Source of the DNA: Eledone cirrhosa
Taxonomy: Eukaryota
Reading direction: 5' to 3'
NCBI GenBank assembly: GCA_964016885.1
Contig: OZ024759.1
Location: 18,786,001 to 18,850,000, forward strand
Length of the DNA: 64,000 nt
Shown here: piece after piece, positions 26,501 through 40,637 of the stretch
Layout of the letters: every line of letters starts with the position of its first letter
Numbering within the stretch: position 1 is the first letter of the stretch
The notes under the pieces: generated by a model
Databases searched by the model: none
What the model was told of the DNA's origin: nothing
Seen by the model: the letters and a program-made list of their open reading frames with translations, nothing else
Made by a program: the position numbers and the translations under genes

Positions 26501-29429
26501 CAAAATTAAACAAAACTTATCCTCCGAAATAGACTGCATGTGTTGTCCGATCTACTTCTTCTTCCCTTCGCAGTATAGAGATATGGCCCTTTACGTTCGG
26601 AGTTCAAATCCCACCGACGTTAACTTTTCCTTTCATCCTTACAGGGCCGATAAAATAAAGCATCAGTAATGCACTGGGGTCGATTTAATAGCCTTTCCCC
26701 GTCCCTCCAAATTGCTGGCCTTGTGCCTAAAGTAGAAACCATTATAATTATTATTATTATTCCTGGCAGTAGCGGTAGAGGGTCGGACGCCATGCTTTGA
26801 CGCATATGGTTACGGCCCTTTCCATTCTCAGTTCAAATCCTGCCGAGGTTAACTTTGCCTTTCATCCTTACGGGGTCGGTAAAATAAAGTACGGGTAATG
26901 CACTAGGTAATTCCTGGCCTTGTGCCAAAAGTAGAAACAATTATTCCGAGGTTAGCTTTGCCTTTCATCTTTATGGGGTCAATGAAATAAAGCATCAGTA
27001 ACGCACTGGGATCGATTTAATCGACTTTCCCCTCCCTCACAATTGCTTGCCTTGTACCTAAATCAGAAACCATTATTATTATTATTTTTGTTGTTAATGT
27101 TGTACTGAAAAATTCATTGTTATGCTGAAGATTACCGAGCAATTGTTTGATAATTATTGCCACTTCGTTATCGACATTACGTCTACAATTTAAAATATAA
27201 AATATTTAATTAACATTTTTAACAATAGTTTCTAACAATTAATATATTATACATTCTAGTCTGTTGGGAGATTGGATTGTTAACTGTTAGAATGTCTTCA
27301 CGTTCCCCCCTGTCATTTGTATTATCCATATAGTTTTTTTTTCATTTTAGTTGAGTTTAATCTATCTTAGCCACAAGGCAACTGCTTTTCATATTCATGA
27401 AGATCATCAAACCGACCAAAGATAACAAAGATTATTCATTTTTAAAGATATTTTTTCAATGTCTGATTCAACAGGTTTTCTAGATTTAGGTGAATTTGAG
27501 CGTTAAAGTTTAAGTGTCTTCATCACACTGATAAAATTAAGTCCTATGGCAGCATATAAGCGACTAATATCTGGTGTAATTTTCTTTCAGTTGTCAATTT
27601 AGTTATGTTAAAAAGAAATTACAGCAGTTCTTTCTAATGTTCGTTTCTGACATTGATATGTTTATCAAGAAAACGTGTACTGAAATGAATAAACTTCAGG
27701 ATATGACCAAGAGATTTTATCGACAAAAGGATGAAGTAAAATATATCTGACTTAGCGGAATTCAAACCTACAATATAAGTGGAAGAGAAGGAAGTATCGG
27801 ATAGTGTATTCTGCTGGCAATTCATTTGTATACACGCAAATACAATATATTCGAGGTTAAGGGGCAACAAATTTGTTTGAGTGAGGGGTTTCTTTTCTGA
27901 AGACCTTCTGCTGCCCAGCTCTCGAGAGAGTTTCTTATCACAATAATACAAATATCTATTCTAGTTCGGTGATGTATTTTTACCGTGTTCTCAAATTTTG
28001 GCATCAAACTTTAAAAAAACAGTTTGATGGTTCTTTTAATTAAATTAAATTATAATTTTAAATGATAGTGGACCAAAGATTAATTCTTTCTTCGAATAAA
28101 TGGAGCTTTGATAACACGTTTGAATTACACAAACGCGAGTAAACACACCTCACAAGTTTTGTTGCTCTCCTTACATATTTAAAGAGGCGGCGAATTGGAA
28201 GAGCCGTTAGAAGGTCGGATAGAATGATTTGTGGTATATGTTTTGGCTCTTTGCTATCTGATTTCAAATCCCGCTGGGACAAACTTTGCATTTCATCCAT
28301 TTGAGGCCAATAAAAATGTACCAGTCTAGTACTGGGGTTGATTCTTCCTCTATATCTCTTTCTCACTTCCATTCTCTCACTATCTATCTATCTCTGGAAG
28401 AAATCGACTATATTCAGACCTGGAGAGGAGATGGGCTCCGCCAGGTTTTTTAATTCCCTAGAAACAGCGTACGATAATACGGCGCCCTGACGACTCCCTC
28501 AGGAGTTACGGGACCATGCATACATTTAAACTTCAAATCAGTACAGTATAAAGTTTGATTTACATTCCTCTCGTATAAATATGTATCAATAATATATATT
28601 GATCATTTCACTCGTATATACGGGTGTATGTATTAAATTAGAAATCTTTATTACCATACGTTAGAATCCCAAGACTAACAGCATCTTAATAAATAATCTA
28701 CCATGTGACCTCGTTGTCAAAGTTAAAACGTCTGAAATATATTTGAATAAATTGTAAATAGTTTCAGATTAGAATACTGTGTAAGTTACTCACAATATGC
28801 AGACAAGTTTCAAATCAGCAGTTTAGATAATTTATAATATGATGGTATTATATAAAGAATCACGGGTTGTCTAAATATCTGCCAAGGAATTTTATATATA
28901 ACCATCAAATCCAATGTACATTAGAATTAGCAGAGCTTACGTTAAAGTTTTGGGATTAGTAGTGGTGGTGGTGGGGCCTTAAGTATGTATACTGTACAAA
29001 TGTATTATTACATTCGGCGTTTCTAGAGTATTTTATTTTAAAACCTGACAGCGCCCATTTCCTCTCCAGGTCTGAATACAGCCGATATCTTCCAGAGAAG
29101 GAGAGAGGGTGAGAAAGAGATATAGGGGGGAAAGTCGACCCAAGTAGTAACTTGATTGGTAGTTATTTATCGACCTTGAATGGATGAAAGGCAAAGTGAT
29201 TTTAACTGAGTGCAGAGCTGAAACGAACACCGCAAAGCATTCTATCTGACATTCTGACGATTCTACCAATTTGCGACCATTCTAATATTATACTTTATTA
29301 GACCACCCATGACCCGTTGGGTCACGTCCACTTCAACATTTTTTTTCAAAAATCATGTTCACTTAAAAATAATTTTTAAATAATTAAAATATACACAGAC
29401 GTATATAATGTGAAATGAAATTGGAAGGC

Positions 29430-29470
<41 letters not shown>

Positions 29471-29522
29471 TGTGTGTTTGTATATATATAAATGTGTGTG
29501 TATACATATATATATATATGTA

Positions 29523-29631
<109 letters not shown>

Positions 29632-29650
29632 GTACATATATATATATATA

Positions 29651-29708
<58 letters not shown>

Positions 29709-30013
29709 TGTCTGATCTGTATGCACTGGTCATAGACACACATACACATATACACACACACACTCATATATATATATATATATATACACAACAACACCAA
29801 CAACTCTCTCTCTTCCATTCTCCTTATCTGTCTCCCTCTCTCTATGTCACTCTTTCTCTCTGTTTATAAAGGTACCCGGAAAAACCCATCTTGGGAACCC
29901 GTGGTCCGATTTATGCGAAAACTGTTTTATTCCATTTGTATTCCCATTTCAGTATCAACTTCCTTTCAAAGTATTTTCCCATTATGCGCCCTTTTGGCTG
30001 TATTACATTACAG

Positions 30014-30044
<31 letters not shown>

Positions 30045-30053
30045 CAGACTTTT

Positions 30054-30320
30054 AGTATTATATAAATGAATAGTATTATAAATAGTATTATAAATGAATA
30101 GTATTATAAATAGTATTATAAATGAATAGTATTATAAATGAATAGTATTATAAATGAATAGTATTATAAATAGTATTATAAATGAATAGTATTATAAATG
30201 AATAGTATTATAAATGAATAGTATTATAAATAGTATTATAAATAGTATTATAAATAGTATTACAAATGAATAGTATTATAAATGAATAGTATTATAAATG
30301 AATAGTATTATATAAATAAA
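30054..30320. repeat. AT-rich minisatellite (12- and 16-bp units, AGTATTATAAAT[GAAT])
   Basis: Tandem units read directly. Confidence 0.92.
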
Positions 30321-31109
30321 TATCCGAAGAGAGTTGGACGCCATGTTTTCTAGCATAGTTACGTCCCTTTACAGTCTGAGTTCAAATCCGGTCGAGGTTA
30401 ACTTTGCCTTTCATCCTTACGAGGTCGATAAAATAAAGTACCTACCAGTAATGTACTGGGTAATTTGCTAGCCTTGTGCCTAAAGTAGAAACAAGTATTA
30501 TATAAATGAATAGAACGACTTAGAAGCGAAGAATTCACAGAGGTTAGCGATTAATGAAGTCTCAAGTGAACCAGGTACAATCAAAAACATATCCGAGATA
30601 AACAAAATTAAGATTATGTTTAGCAGTTAGTCATGTTGCCCATGGAAAAAGCAAAGGGCTGCTACAGCTTGGCACTAGTTTCATTATAAATTATTTTTCT
30701 CCAGCTGAGTTGACAGGGACGATGTGAAATAAAAGGAAAGAATGCACGGCCTGGTCTGAGAATCAAACTCACAACTTCGTGATTATCAGCCCAACACCCT
30801 AACCACTAAGCCATCTGACTACTTGTGTGTGCAGAGAAAGCTGAGTTTAGAGATGTAATTCCAGTAGCGATTAATGAAGTCTCAAGTGAACCAGGTACAA
30901 TCAAAAACATATCCGAGATAAACAAAAATGAAGATTTCTTTTGTCTTTGTTTAGAAAACTCTGCACTTAAAGTTCTCACTATTCGTGCAGCCTGTCTATA
31001 GCTTTATACTCAGAACTCTTGAATTATGAATATTTCCTCAGTACAAAAAGAGGACAAACTCCACTGTATGACCTGCTGCTGCTGTTATTGCTGCTGTTGT
31101 TGTTGTTAT

Positions 31110-33216
31110 TAGTGGTGATGTTTTGTGATGGTAGTGAGATGGTAGTAATGGTGGTGGTAGTAGTGGTGGTGGTGGTGTGTGGTGGTGATGGTGGTGGTGG
31201 TAGTGGTGGTGGTGGTGATGGTAATATTGGTGGTGGTGATGGTGGTGTGTGGTGGTGATGGTGGTAGTATTGGTGGTGGTAGTGGTGGTGGTGGTAATGG
31301 TGGTGGTGTGTGGTGGTGATGGTGGTGGTGGTAGTGGTGGTGGTGATAGTGGTGTGTGGTGGTGATGGTGGTGGTGGTAGTGGTCGTGGTGGTGGTGGTG
31401 ATGGTAGTGGTCGTGGTGGTGGTGGTGATGGTAATATTGGTGGTGGTGATGGTGGTGTGTGGTGGTGATGGTGGTAGTATTGGTGGTGGTGGTGATGGTG
31501 GTGGTGGTGGTGGTGGTGGTGATGGTGGTGGTGATGGTGGTGTGTGGTGGTGATGGTGGTGGTAGTATTGGTGGTGGTGGTGGTGATGTTGGTGGTGGTG
31601 GTGATGGTGGTGTGTGGTGGTGATGGTGGTGGTGGTGGTGATGTTGGTGGTGGTGGTGATGGTGGTGTGTGGTGGTGATGGTGGTAGTATTGGTGGTGGT
31701 AATGGTGGTGTGTGGTGGTGATGGTGGTAGTATTGGTGGTGGTGGTGGTGATGGTGGTGTTTGGTGGTGATGGTGGTAGTATTGGTGGTGGTGGTGGTGG
31801 TGTGTGGTGGTGATGGTGGTGGTGGTGGTGATGGTGGTGTGTGGTGGTGATGGTGGTGGTATTGGTGGTGGTGGTGATGATGGTGGTGGTGGTGGTGGTG
31901 GTGGTGATGGTGGTAGTATTAGTGGTGGTGGTGGTGGTGGTGTGTGGTGGTGATGGTGGTGGTGGTGGTGATGGTGGTGTGTGGTGGTGATGGTGGTGGT
32001 ATTGGTGGTGGTGATGATGGTGGTGGTGGTGATGGTGGTAGTATTGGTGGTGTTGATGGTGGTGCTGGTGATGGTGGTAGTATTGGTGGTGGTGGTGGTG
32101 GTGGTGGTGATGGTGGTAGTATTAGTGGCGGTGGTGGTGATGGTGGTGTGTGGTGGTGGTTGTGGTGATGGTGGTGTATGATGGTGGTGGTGGTGGATGG
32201 TGGTGGTGGTGGTGATGATGCTGGTATTGGTGGTGGTAGTAATGTTATTAGTAATGGTAGTGGTGGCGGTGGTGGGGGTGAGGATGGTCGAAGTGTGGTG
32301 ATGATCGTAATGTTAGTAGTAATGGTAGTGGTGGTGGTGGTAGCATTGGTGGTGGTAGTAATGGTAGTGGTGGTGGTGGTGGTGATGGTAGCATTGGTGG
32401 TGGTAGTAACGGTAGTGGTGGTGGTGGTGGTAGTAGTGGTGGTGATGGGTGTGATGACGGTCATAATGATAGTGATAATGTTAATGATGGTGGTAGTGGT
32501 GGTGGTGGTGGTGGTGGTGGTGGTGGTGGTGGTGGTGGTGATGGATGTGATGACGGTCATAATGATAGTGATAATGTTAATGATGGTGGTAGTGGTGGTG
32601 GTGGTGGTGGTGGTGGTGGTGGTGGTGGTGGTGATGGATGTGATGACGGTCATAATGATAGTGATAATGTTAATGATGGTGGTAGTGGTGGTAGTGGTAG
32701 TGGTGGTGGTGGTGGTGGTGGTGGTGGTGGTGGTGGTGGTGGTGGTGGTGGTGGTGGTGGTGGTGGTGGTGGTGGTGGTGGTGGTGGTGGTGATGGGTGT
32801 GATGACGGTCATAATGATAGTGATAATGTTAATGATGGTGGTAGTGGTGGTAGTGGTAGTGGTGGTGGTGGTGGTGGTGGTGGTGGTGGTGGTGGTGGTG
32901 GTAGTGGTGATGGGTGTGATGATGGTCATAATGATAGTGATAATGTTAATGATGGTGGTAGTGGTAGTGGTAGTGGTGGTGGTGGTGGTGGTGGTAGTGG
33001 TGGTGGTGATAGTGGTGATGGGTGTGATGATGGTCATAATGATAGTGATAATGTTAATGATGGTGGTAGTGGTAGTGGTGGTGGTGGTGGTGGTGTTGGT
33101 GGTGGTGGTGGTAGTGGTGATGGGTGTGATGATGGTCATAATGATAGTGATAATGTTAATGATGGTGGTAGTGGTAGTGGTAGTGGTGGTGGTGGTGGTA
33201 GTGGTGGTGGTGGTGG
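31110..33216. repeat. (GGT)n-based compound satellite with a higher-order unit in 32445-33180
   Basis: GTGTGATGA(C/T)GGTCATAATGATAGTGATAATGTTAATGATGG recurs 7 times, separated by variable GGT runs. Confidence 0.92.
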
Positions 33217-33606
33217 TATTTCTAGTTCCTGATTTAAGTAAACAGTGTTTTCGTACTGTATTCCATAACGGGCTCCAGTGTTTACCTTCTATATTTTGTT
33301 TTTTATTAACACCAAAATGTAAAACATAGTAATTTAAATTTCTTCAAAATTTTTACTTGAGGCAATTACTTTTCTTCTGTTCAATGTTATATTGTATTTT
33401 ATGTTATTTATTCATTTGATTTTTAAAAATTAGCTGGGATATTGATACATTGATATACACATTAACACATGTCTGTATGCACGAAGTAACGTATGTTTTT
33501 CTTTTGTTACGTTTCTGTTGTTGTTTTTTGGGGTTGTATTTTTCATGCAACTATACTAATTTTACATAGATATTTCTTATAGTTTCATACATACAACATA
33601 TATGCA

Positions 33607-33729
<123 letters not shown>

Positions 33730-33750
33730 TGTATATATACATTATACGTT

Positions 33751-33791
<41 letters not shown>

Positions 33792-33807
33792 ATACATTAT
33801 ACGTTTT

Positions 33808-33841
<34 letters not shown>

Positions 33842-33959
33842 GTGTATATATACATTATACGTTTATATATATATATATATATATGATACGTTTATATATA
33901 TTTAAATATATATATAATGCGTGTATATCTATATATGTATATAAATATATCATACGTGA

Positions 33960-34063
<104 letters not shown>

Positions 34064-34190
34064 GTGTGTGTGTGTATTCATATACATGAGTGCGTGTATT
34101 GTGAAATGGTGGGACGTTGCACGTAACTCAGAAACACTCATGAATTCAACGAATAACACACACACACACACCCACACACACACACACACC

Positions 34191-34229
<39 letters not shown>

Positions 34230-34337
34230 TCACACACACGTCCGTACGAATGTGTGTGTGTATGTGAGAATGTGGGCATGCTTGTGTTTGTGATTGTTTC
34301 TGAGTTCATATGCGTGTGTATTTGTGTGAGCATGTGT

Positions 34338-34371
<34 letters not shown>

Positions 34372-35569
34372 GGGCCTGCATTTGTGACCGCGTCTCTGTG
34401 TGGTTGTGTGTGTGATTGTTTCTGAGTTCATATGCGTGTGTATGTGTGTGAGCATGTGTACGTGTGTGTGTGTGTGTAAGGGCCTGCATTTGTGACCGCG
34501 TCTCTGTGTGGTTGTGTGTGTGTTTGTTTGAGTTTATGTGTTAGTGTTTGTGAGAGTGTGTGTGTTTGTGTAAGAGTATTTCGGTGTGTATGTGTGTGTG
34601 TAAGTAAAATATTGTATTTGTGTTAGTGTGAGTGTGAATGTGTGTGCATTTGTGTGCTTCATAGTGCGAGTAAGAGTTTGTTCTTGTGTATGTGTGAGTA
34701 TATATATATATATGTGAGAGTGTATGTGTGAATGTGCGTGTGAGCGCATGTGTGTGTCTGAGTGAGTGTATGTGGGTTCGTGAATGTATTTGTGTGTGTG
34801 AATGTATGTATATGTGTGTGAGTGTATGAATATGCGTGTGAAATGTATGTGTGAGTGAGTCTGTGTATATGTGTGTGTAAGTGTATGTATGTGTGTGTGT
34901 GTGTGTATAGATATGCGTGCGAATGAATGTGTGAGTGAGACTGTATATATGTGTGTGTGTAAGTGTATGTATGTGTGTGTGAGTGTATGAATATGCGTGT
35001 GAATGTATGTGTGAGTGAGACTGCGTATATGTGTGTATGAGTAAGTGTATGCATGTGTGTGTGTGTGCGAATGTATGTGTATGAGTGAATCTATGTGTGT
35101 GCGTGACCGTATATGTGTGTAGGAGTCTATGCATATGTGAAAGTGTATGTGCGTGTGCGTCTATGAATGTATGTCTGTGTGAGTCTGTTTATATGTGTGT
35201 GAGGGAACGTATGTGTGTGTGTAACCGTATATGTGTGTGTGTATGTAACCGTATATGTATGTGTGCGTGTAACCGTATATGTATGTGTGTGTGTGTAACC
35301 GTGAATGCATGTGTGTGTGTAACCGTGTATATATGTGTGTGTGTGTAACCGTATATATATGTGTGTGTAACCGTGTATGTATGTGTGTGTGTAACCGTGT
35401 ATATATGTGTAACCGTATATATGTGTGTGTGTGTCTGTAACCGTATACGTATGTGTGTGTGTAACCGTGTATGTATGTGTGTGTGTAACCGTGTATATAT
35501 GTGTGTGTAACCGTATATGTGTGTAACCGTATATGTATGTATATATATATATATGTCAGCGTGTAACCG

Positions 35570-35609
<40 letters not shown>

Positions 35610-36394
35610 AGTGTATGTATATGTGTGTGTATATATGAGAGTGTATGTATGTTATGTGAGTGTATATGTGTCTGAGCAAGTGTCTGTATTTGTGGATGTG
35701 CACGAGTGTGTGAAGGTGTGTATGGGAAGATGTGGAAATGAATGCAAGTCCGTCTTTCATTGCAGGTGATCTAGGGCGGATTCGTCATTAAACAGAGAGA
35801 GCTAATGAGGGTATTCTCCATCCATAGCATTCCATATAAACACAGCGTTGAAAGTTCCATAAATTCTAGTTCAATGAGTTCTCAATATTTTCAATACCTC
35901 TTAATTACCTTCCATGTTATATAGACTTGAAGAAATTTCATACTTTCAACCATTTTCTTTAAATGTATTTTTATGCTATTTTCATATTACAGTATTAGAT
36001 GGTTATTTATTTTTAGACATCGATTTATGTATTTATTTGTTGGCTTCCTTGTTTGTTTGTTGTATTGATTCATTTCCTAGCCATATTCATATCTGTTTAT
36101 TCATGTTTATTATTACCAATTTGTACAGCAGACTTCATAATAAGGCGCATAATAGATGTGAGACCAACGATATTAAGAGATAATCTTATGTACGTATACT
36201 GTGTATCCTTATTCAAGAAAAAGTATCATGCACTCGCACACATGTATGATGTATATATATGTATATATATATACATACATATACATATATATATATATAC
36301 ACACACATACATATATATATATACATTATATATATAAATATATATATATACACATACATATACATACATATATATATATATATGTATGTATATG

Positions 36395-36440
<46 letters not shown>

Positions 36441-36508
36441 TATATATGTATGTGAATATATTTATATATATATATATATGTATGTGCATATATATATATA
36501 TGTATATG

Positions 36509-36574
<66 letters not shown>

Positions 36575-36575
36575 A

Positions 36576-36675
<100 letters not shown>

Positions 36676-36678
36676 ATG

Positions 36679-36742
<64 letters not shown>

Positions 36743-36785
36743 AATAACAGGAGGCTGGACTGGTATAATTCCTTAAAGATTTATG

Positions 36786-36843
36786 ATACTATGAACATTT
36801 CAATGACCGGGTTCAGTATGAATCCGGTGACATCATCAGGTAT
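36786..36843 (-). ncRNA. Minimal type-I hammerhead, canonical core
   Basis: AUAC-CUGAUGA-UGUCACCGGAUUCA(UAC)UGAACCCGGUCAUU-GAAA-UGUUCA-UA-GUAU. Confidence 0.68.
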
Positions 36844-36948
36844 TCGAATTTTAACAAAGGAATATAATAGACACGATCCATGGGGTTGAAAAGGCAGAGA
36901 TACAAGGTGGCCAAACATTTAGCAGTTTAAGCAAAGATCGATTTTTTT

Positions 36949-36999
36949 AGTTTCAGAAGATCCCGTTATGGGTGAAAGCAGAGATTCTTTGCTTAAACT
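36949..36999 (+). ncRNA. Type-I hammerhead-like motif with U4A core (CAGAAGA)
   Basis: AGUUU-CAGAAGA-U-CCC(GUUAU)GGG-U-GAAA-GCAGAG(AUU)CUUUGC-UU-AAACU; AATAAA at 37015; short inverted copy at 36924-36937. Confidence 0.6.
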
Positions 37000-37034
37000 T
37001 TAATCTGTTCTTATAATAAATATTTCCTCTACGG

Positions 37035-37078
<44 letters not shown>

Positions 37079-37136
37079 CCTCATCGAGCCCTCTTCGGAT
37101 TTTAGTCTTCACATTTATTATTACTATATATACAAG

Positions 37137-37327
37137 GGCGGTGCATTGGCAGTATCGGTTAGGGTCGGGCGCCATGCTTTGAAGCATAGAGCTACCTCCC
37201 TTTATGATCTGAGTTCAAATCCCGCCGAGGTTAACTTTGCCTTTCATCCTTACGGGGTCGATAAAATAAAGTACCAGTAATGCACTGGGATAATTGCTGG
37301 CCTGGTGCCAAAAGTAGAAACAATTAT
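37137..37327 (+). mobile_element. SINE family A, full-length copy
   Basis: Colinear with 60160-60347. Confidence 0.85.
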
Positions 37328-37534
37328 TACTATATATACATACCCCCCCCCCCCCACACACACACATACACGTTTGTGTGTGTGTGTTGGGGGAGGGGAG
37401 GGGGGTATATGGCTTCTACAGAACTAGAATGATATCAGTATAAAATAAATTTATTTTTAAATTATACACTGAGTAGCTTATGTAACTGTAGTTATTTCCC
37501 GACCCCCTTCGGAATACTCTCCTGAAATGATTAT

Positions 37535-37591
<57 letters not shown>

Positions 37592-37689
37592 TATATATAA
37601 ATATATCATCATCATCATCATCATTTTATGTCCGCTTTTCCCTGCTTGCAAGGGTGGGACGGATATATATATACAGTATATCTATATAT

Positions 37690-37869
37690 GGTCGGCAGCA
37701 AAGTTCATAGGCTGATTATAAAAAAATTGATGCCGGGCTGTGAAATTTTGCAGGCATAATTTCAACTATTATCGTTTCTTTCCAGGGACTATGTTGAAAA
37801 ATAAACCACATTTGGTCACTCCATGAGAGTATTTTGGCCATCCTATGAACCTTTCAGTCGACACTCGTA
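37690..37869. mobile_element. Tc1/mariner-type MITE
   Basis: Imperfect TIRs (GGTCGGCAGCAAAGTTCATAGG / CCTATGAACCTTTCAGTCGACACTCG-TA); second copy at 57569-57696. Confidence 0.6.
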
Positions 37870-38661
37870 TGTATGTAACGAAAATGTCCGTGAGAAGGAA
37901 ATAGGAAAAACATACTCTATCTAGTGCAATATTCATACAGGTAGTATATATTGCTCAACGTTAGTTGAGAGATCACAGTTTTGGCACTACTGACATGTCG
38001 TTAGAATGCCGAAGGAAAACAATGCCTACACAGATATTACCGGCGAAGGCAACTGGCGGGAGACCCAGCGGTTGACCACAAACAAGATGGCTGTATAACA
38101 TCCATCTGCTCAGTGCCGACACTTAAGCCTATGTCACCAGGTCTCAATCTACCGCCCTCCACCGACAATTGATAAGGACTTCTACTTTAGAAACCAAGGC
38201 CAGTAATATTTGGTGGGAGGTGAAAGTTAGTTAAATTGACCCCATTTGTGGAGCAGTATTTCATTTCATCAATCTCGGAAGGATGACCTTCGTGGCATTT
38301 GAACTCAGAACGTAAAGGGCTGTAACTAAATGTAACGCCTCAGACCATCGTCTCATACAGGTATTCATTTCAACCAAATAGTATTTAGAATAATTGTAGT
38401 TTCGTACTATTAGATGCATTAGTAGTAGTAGTAGCAGCAGTAGCAGCAGTAGTAACAGTAGAAGTAGTAGTAGCAGTAGTAGTAATAGCAACAGTAGTAA
38501 TAGTAGCAACAATAATAATTGTTTCTACTTTAGGCACAAGGCCAGCAATTACCCAATGCATTACTGGTACTTTATTTTATCGACCCCGTAAGGATGAAAG
38601 GCAAAGTCAACCTCGGCGGGATTTGAACTCAGATCGTAAAGGGACGTAATAATAATAATAA

Positions 38662-38733
<72 letters not shown>

Positions 38734-38959
38734 CAGCAGCAGCAGTAGATGTATCGATGTGTTAACGTCATTTGTGACGTAACCGCTAATTATATATAAA
38801 ATGTACTCCATGAATTCTAACTAGGTACACGTTAATATATGAAATAAGGGGAGGTCACTCTCATTCACTAATGTCAATTAGTATTATATATGATATTATT
38901 ACTGTTGATTACTGTTTGCAAAAAAGGAACGAAATTAACAACAGTTACAATAATTGTAG

Positions 38960-38990
38960 TAGTAGGAGTAGGGGAGAATAATAGTAGTAA

Positions 38991-39056
<66 letters not shown>

Positions 39057-39071
39057 CAGCAGCAGCAGTAA

Positions 39072-39126
<55 letters not shown>

Positions 39127-39181
39127 TGTAGTGGGGGTGATGGTGATGGTGATGGTAGTAGAAGTAGTAGTAGTAGTAGTA

Positions 39182-39246
<65 letters not shown>

Positions 39247-39401
39247 GGTGGTGGTGGTAGTGGTAGTAGTAGCAGATAATAGTAATAGTAGTGGTGGTGG
39301 TAGTAGTGGTAGTAATAGTAGTAGTAGCAACAGTAGTAGTAGTAATAGTAGTTGTTGTAGTAGTAGTTGTAGTAGTAGTAGTGGAGGTGGTGGTGGTAGT
39401 G

Positions 39402-39461
<60 letters not shown>

Positions 39462-39471
39462 ATGGTAGTAC

Positions 39472-39510
<39 letters not shown>

Positions 39511-39556
39511 CAGCAGCATCAACAGCAGCAGCAGCAGCAATAGTAGTAGTAGTAGT
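38960..39556. repeat. (AGT)n/(GGT)n/(AGC)n compound microsatellite
   Basis: Read directly. Confidence 0.92.
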
Positions 39557-39808
39557 CTATCAACATAACAACAACAACAACGACGACAATAGGCGTTTTA
39601 AACAAAACCAAGCACAATAAAAATAAACCATAGTTAATGGAGATAATAACATTTTAATCCGATTCCCTCAAACACTGAACACTGAGACATTGAATATTTA
39701 CTTATATTTTATTTTATTTTATTGTGAAATATTTTGTATTCAATTCTGATTCTTGTCTAGAAAGATTTTCCCCTCTCTCAGCATATATATGTGTGTGAGT
39801 GTGTGTGA

Positions 39809-39862
<54 letters not shown>

Positions 39863-39978
39863 GAGATATAATTTATAATATATATATATATATTTTTTAT
39901 ATATGTATATATGTATTTTATATATATATAATATATATATATTATATATGTATATATGTTTTTTATATATATATATTA

Positions 39979-40062
<84 letters not shown>

Positions 40063-40089
40063 TATATCTCTATATATATATATATTATA

Positions 40090-40162
<73 letters not shown>

Positions 40163-40637
40163 TAGACATACCTACCTACCCACCTACATTCATATATACA
40201 TATCCATATACATACACACATACATACACATACGTATGCCCTTCCCACTGTCACCACCACCACATTAACTGTTAAACTGTCTCGATATTCGTGACTTTAA
40301 GTATATCTCTGCCCTCCCACTAATTATTTAGTTGAAATATAAAGCGATTGTGAAACTTCCATTCTCCAGACTATGTATAAAACATAAACCAAGAAATTTA
40401 TAATCAGATTTTGCTGATTTTGTACTATTGTTCTTCTGTTGACTTTTGTGGTGTTGTGTTTTGTTTTCCTATTATGTATCGGATTTATCTTACACATAAG
40501 ATACGTACATATACGACGACATATATATTTATTTATATGAACGCTTGCATACGCATGTATATGTATGGGTATGTATGTATACGTGTGTGTATGTATGTGT
40601 GTATACATGTACGTATGTGTGTATACATGTACATATG

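Noticed and set aside
27100-28050. Microsatellite-free stretch with 105-aa and 61-aa ORFs; possible exon or DNA-transposase relic
   Set aside because: No recognisable motif; needs a BLASTX/HMM search
28486-28515. CUGACGA-CUCC(CUCA)GGAG hammerhead-like start
   Set aside because: No GAAA or stem III follows
31919-33329. Long poly-Thr (406 aa) and poly-Val (383 aa) ORFs, mucin-like
   Set aside because: Stop-free translations of a (GGT)n satellite; no splice or domain evidence
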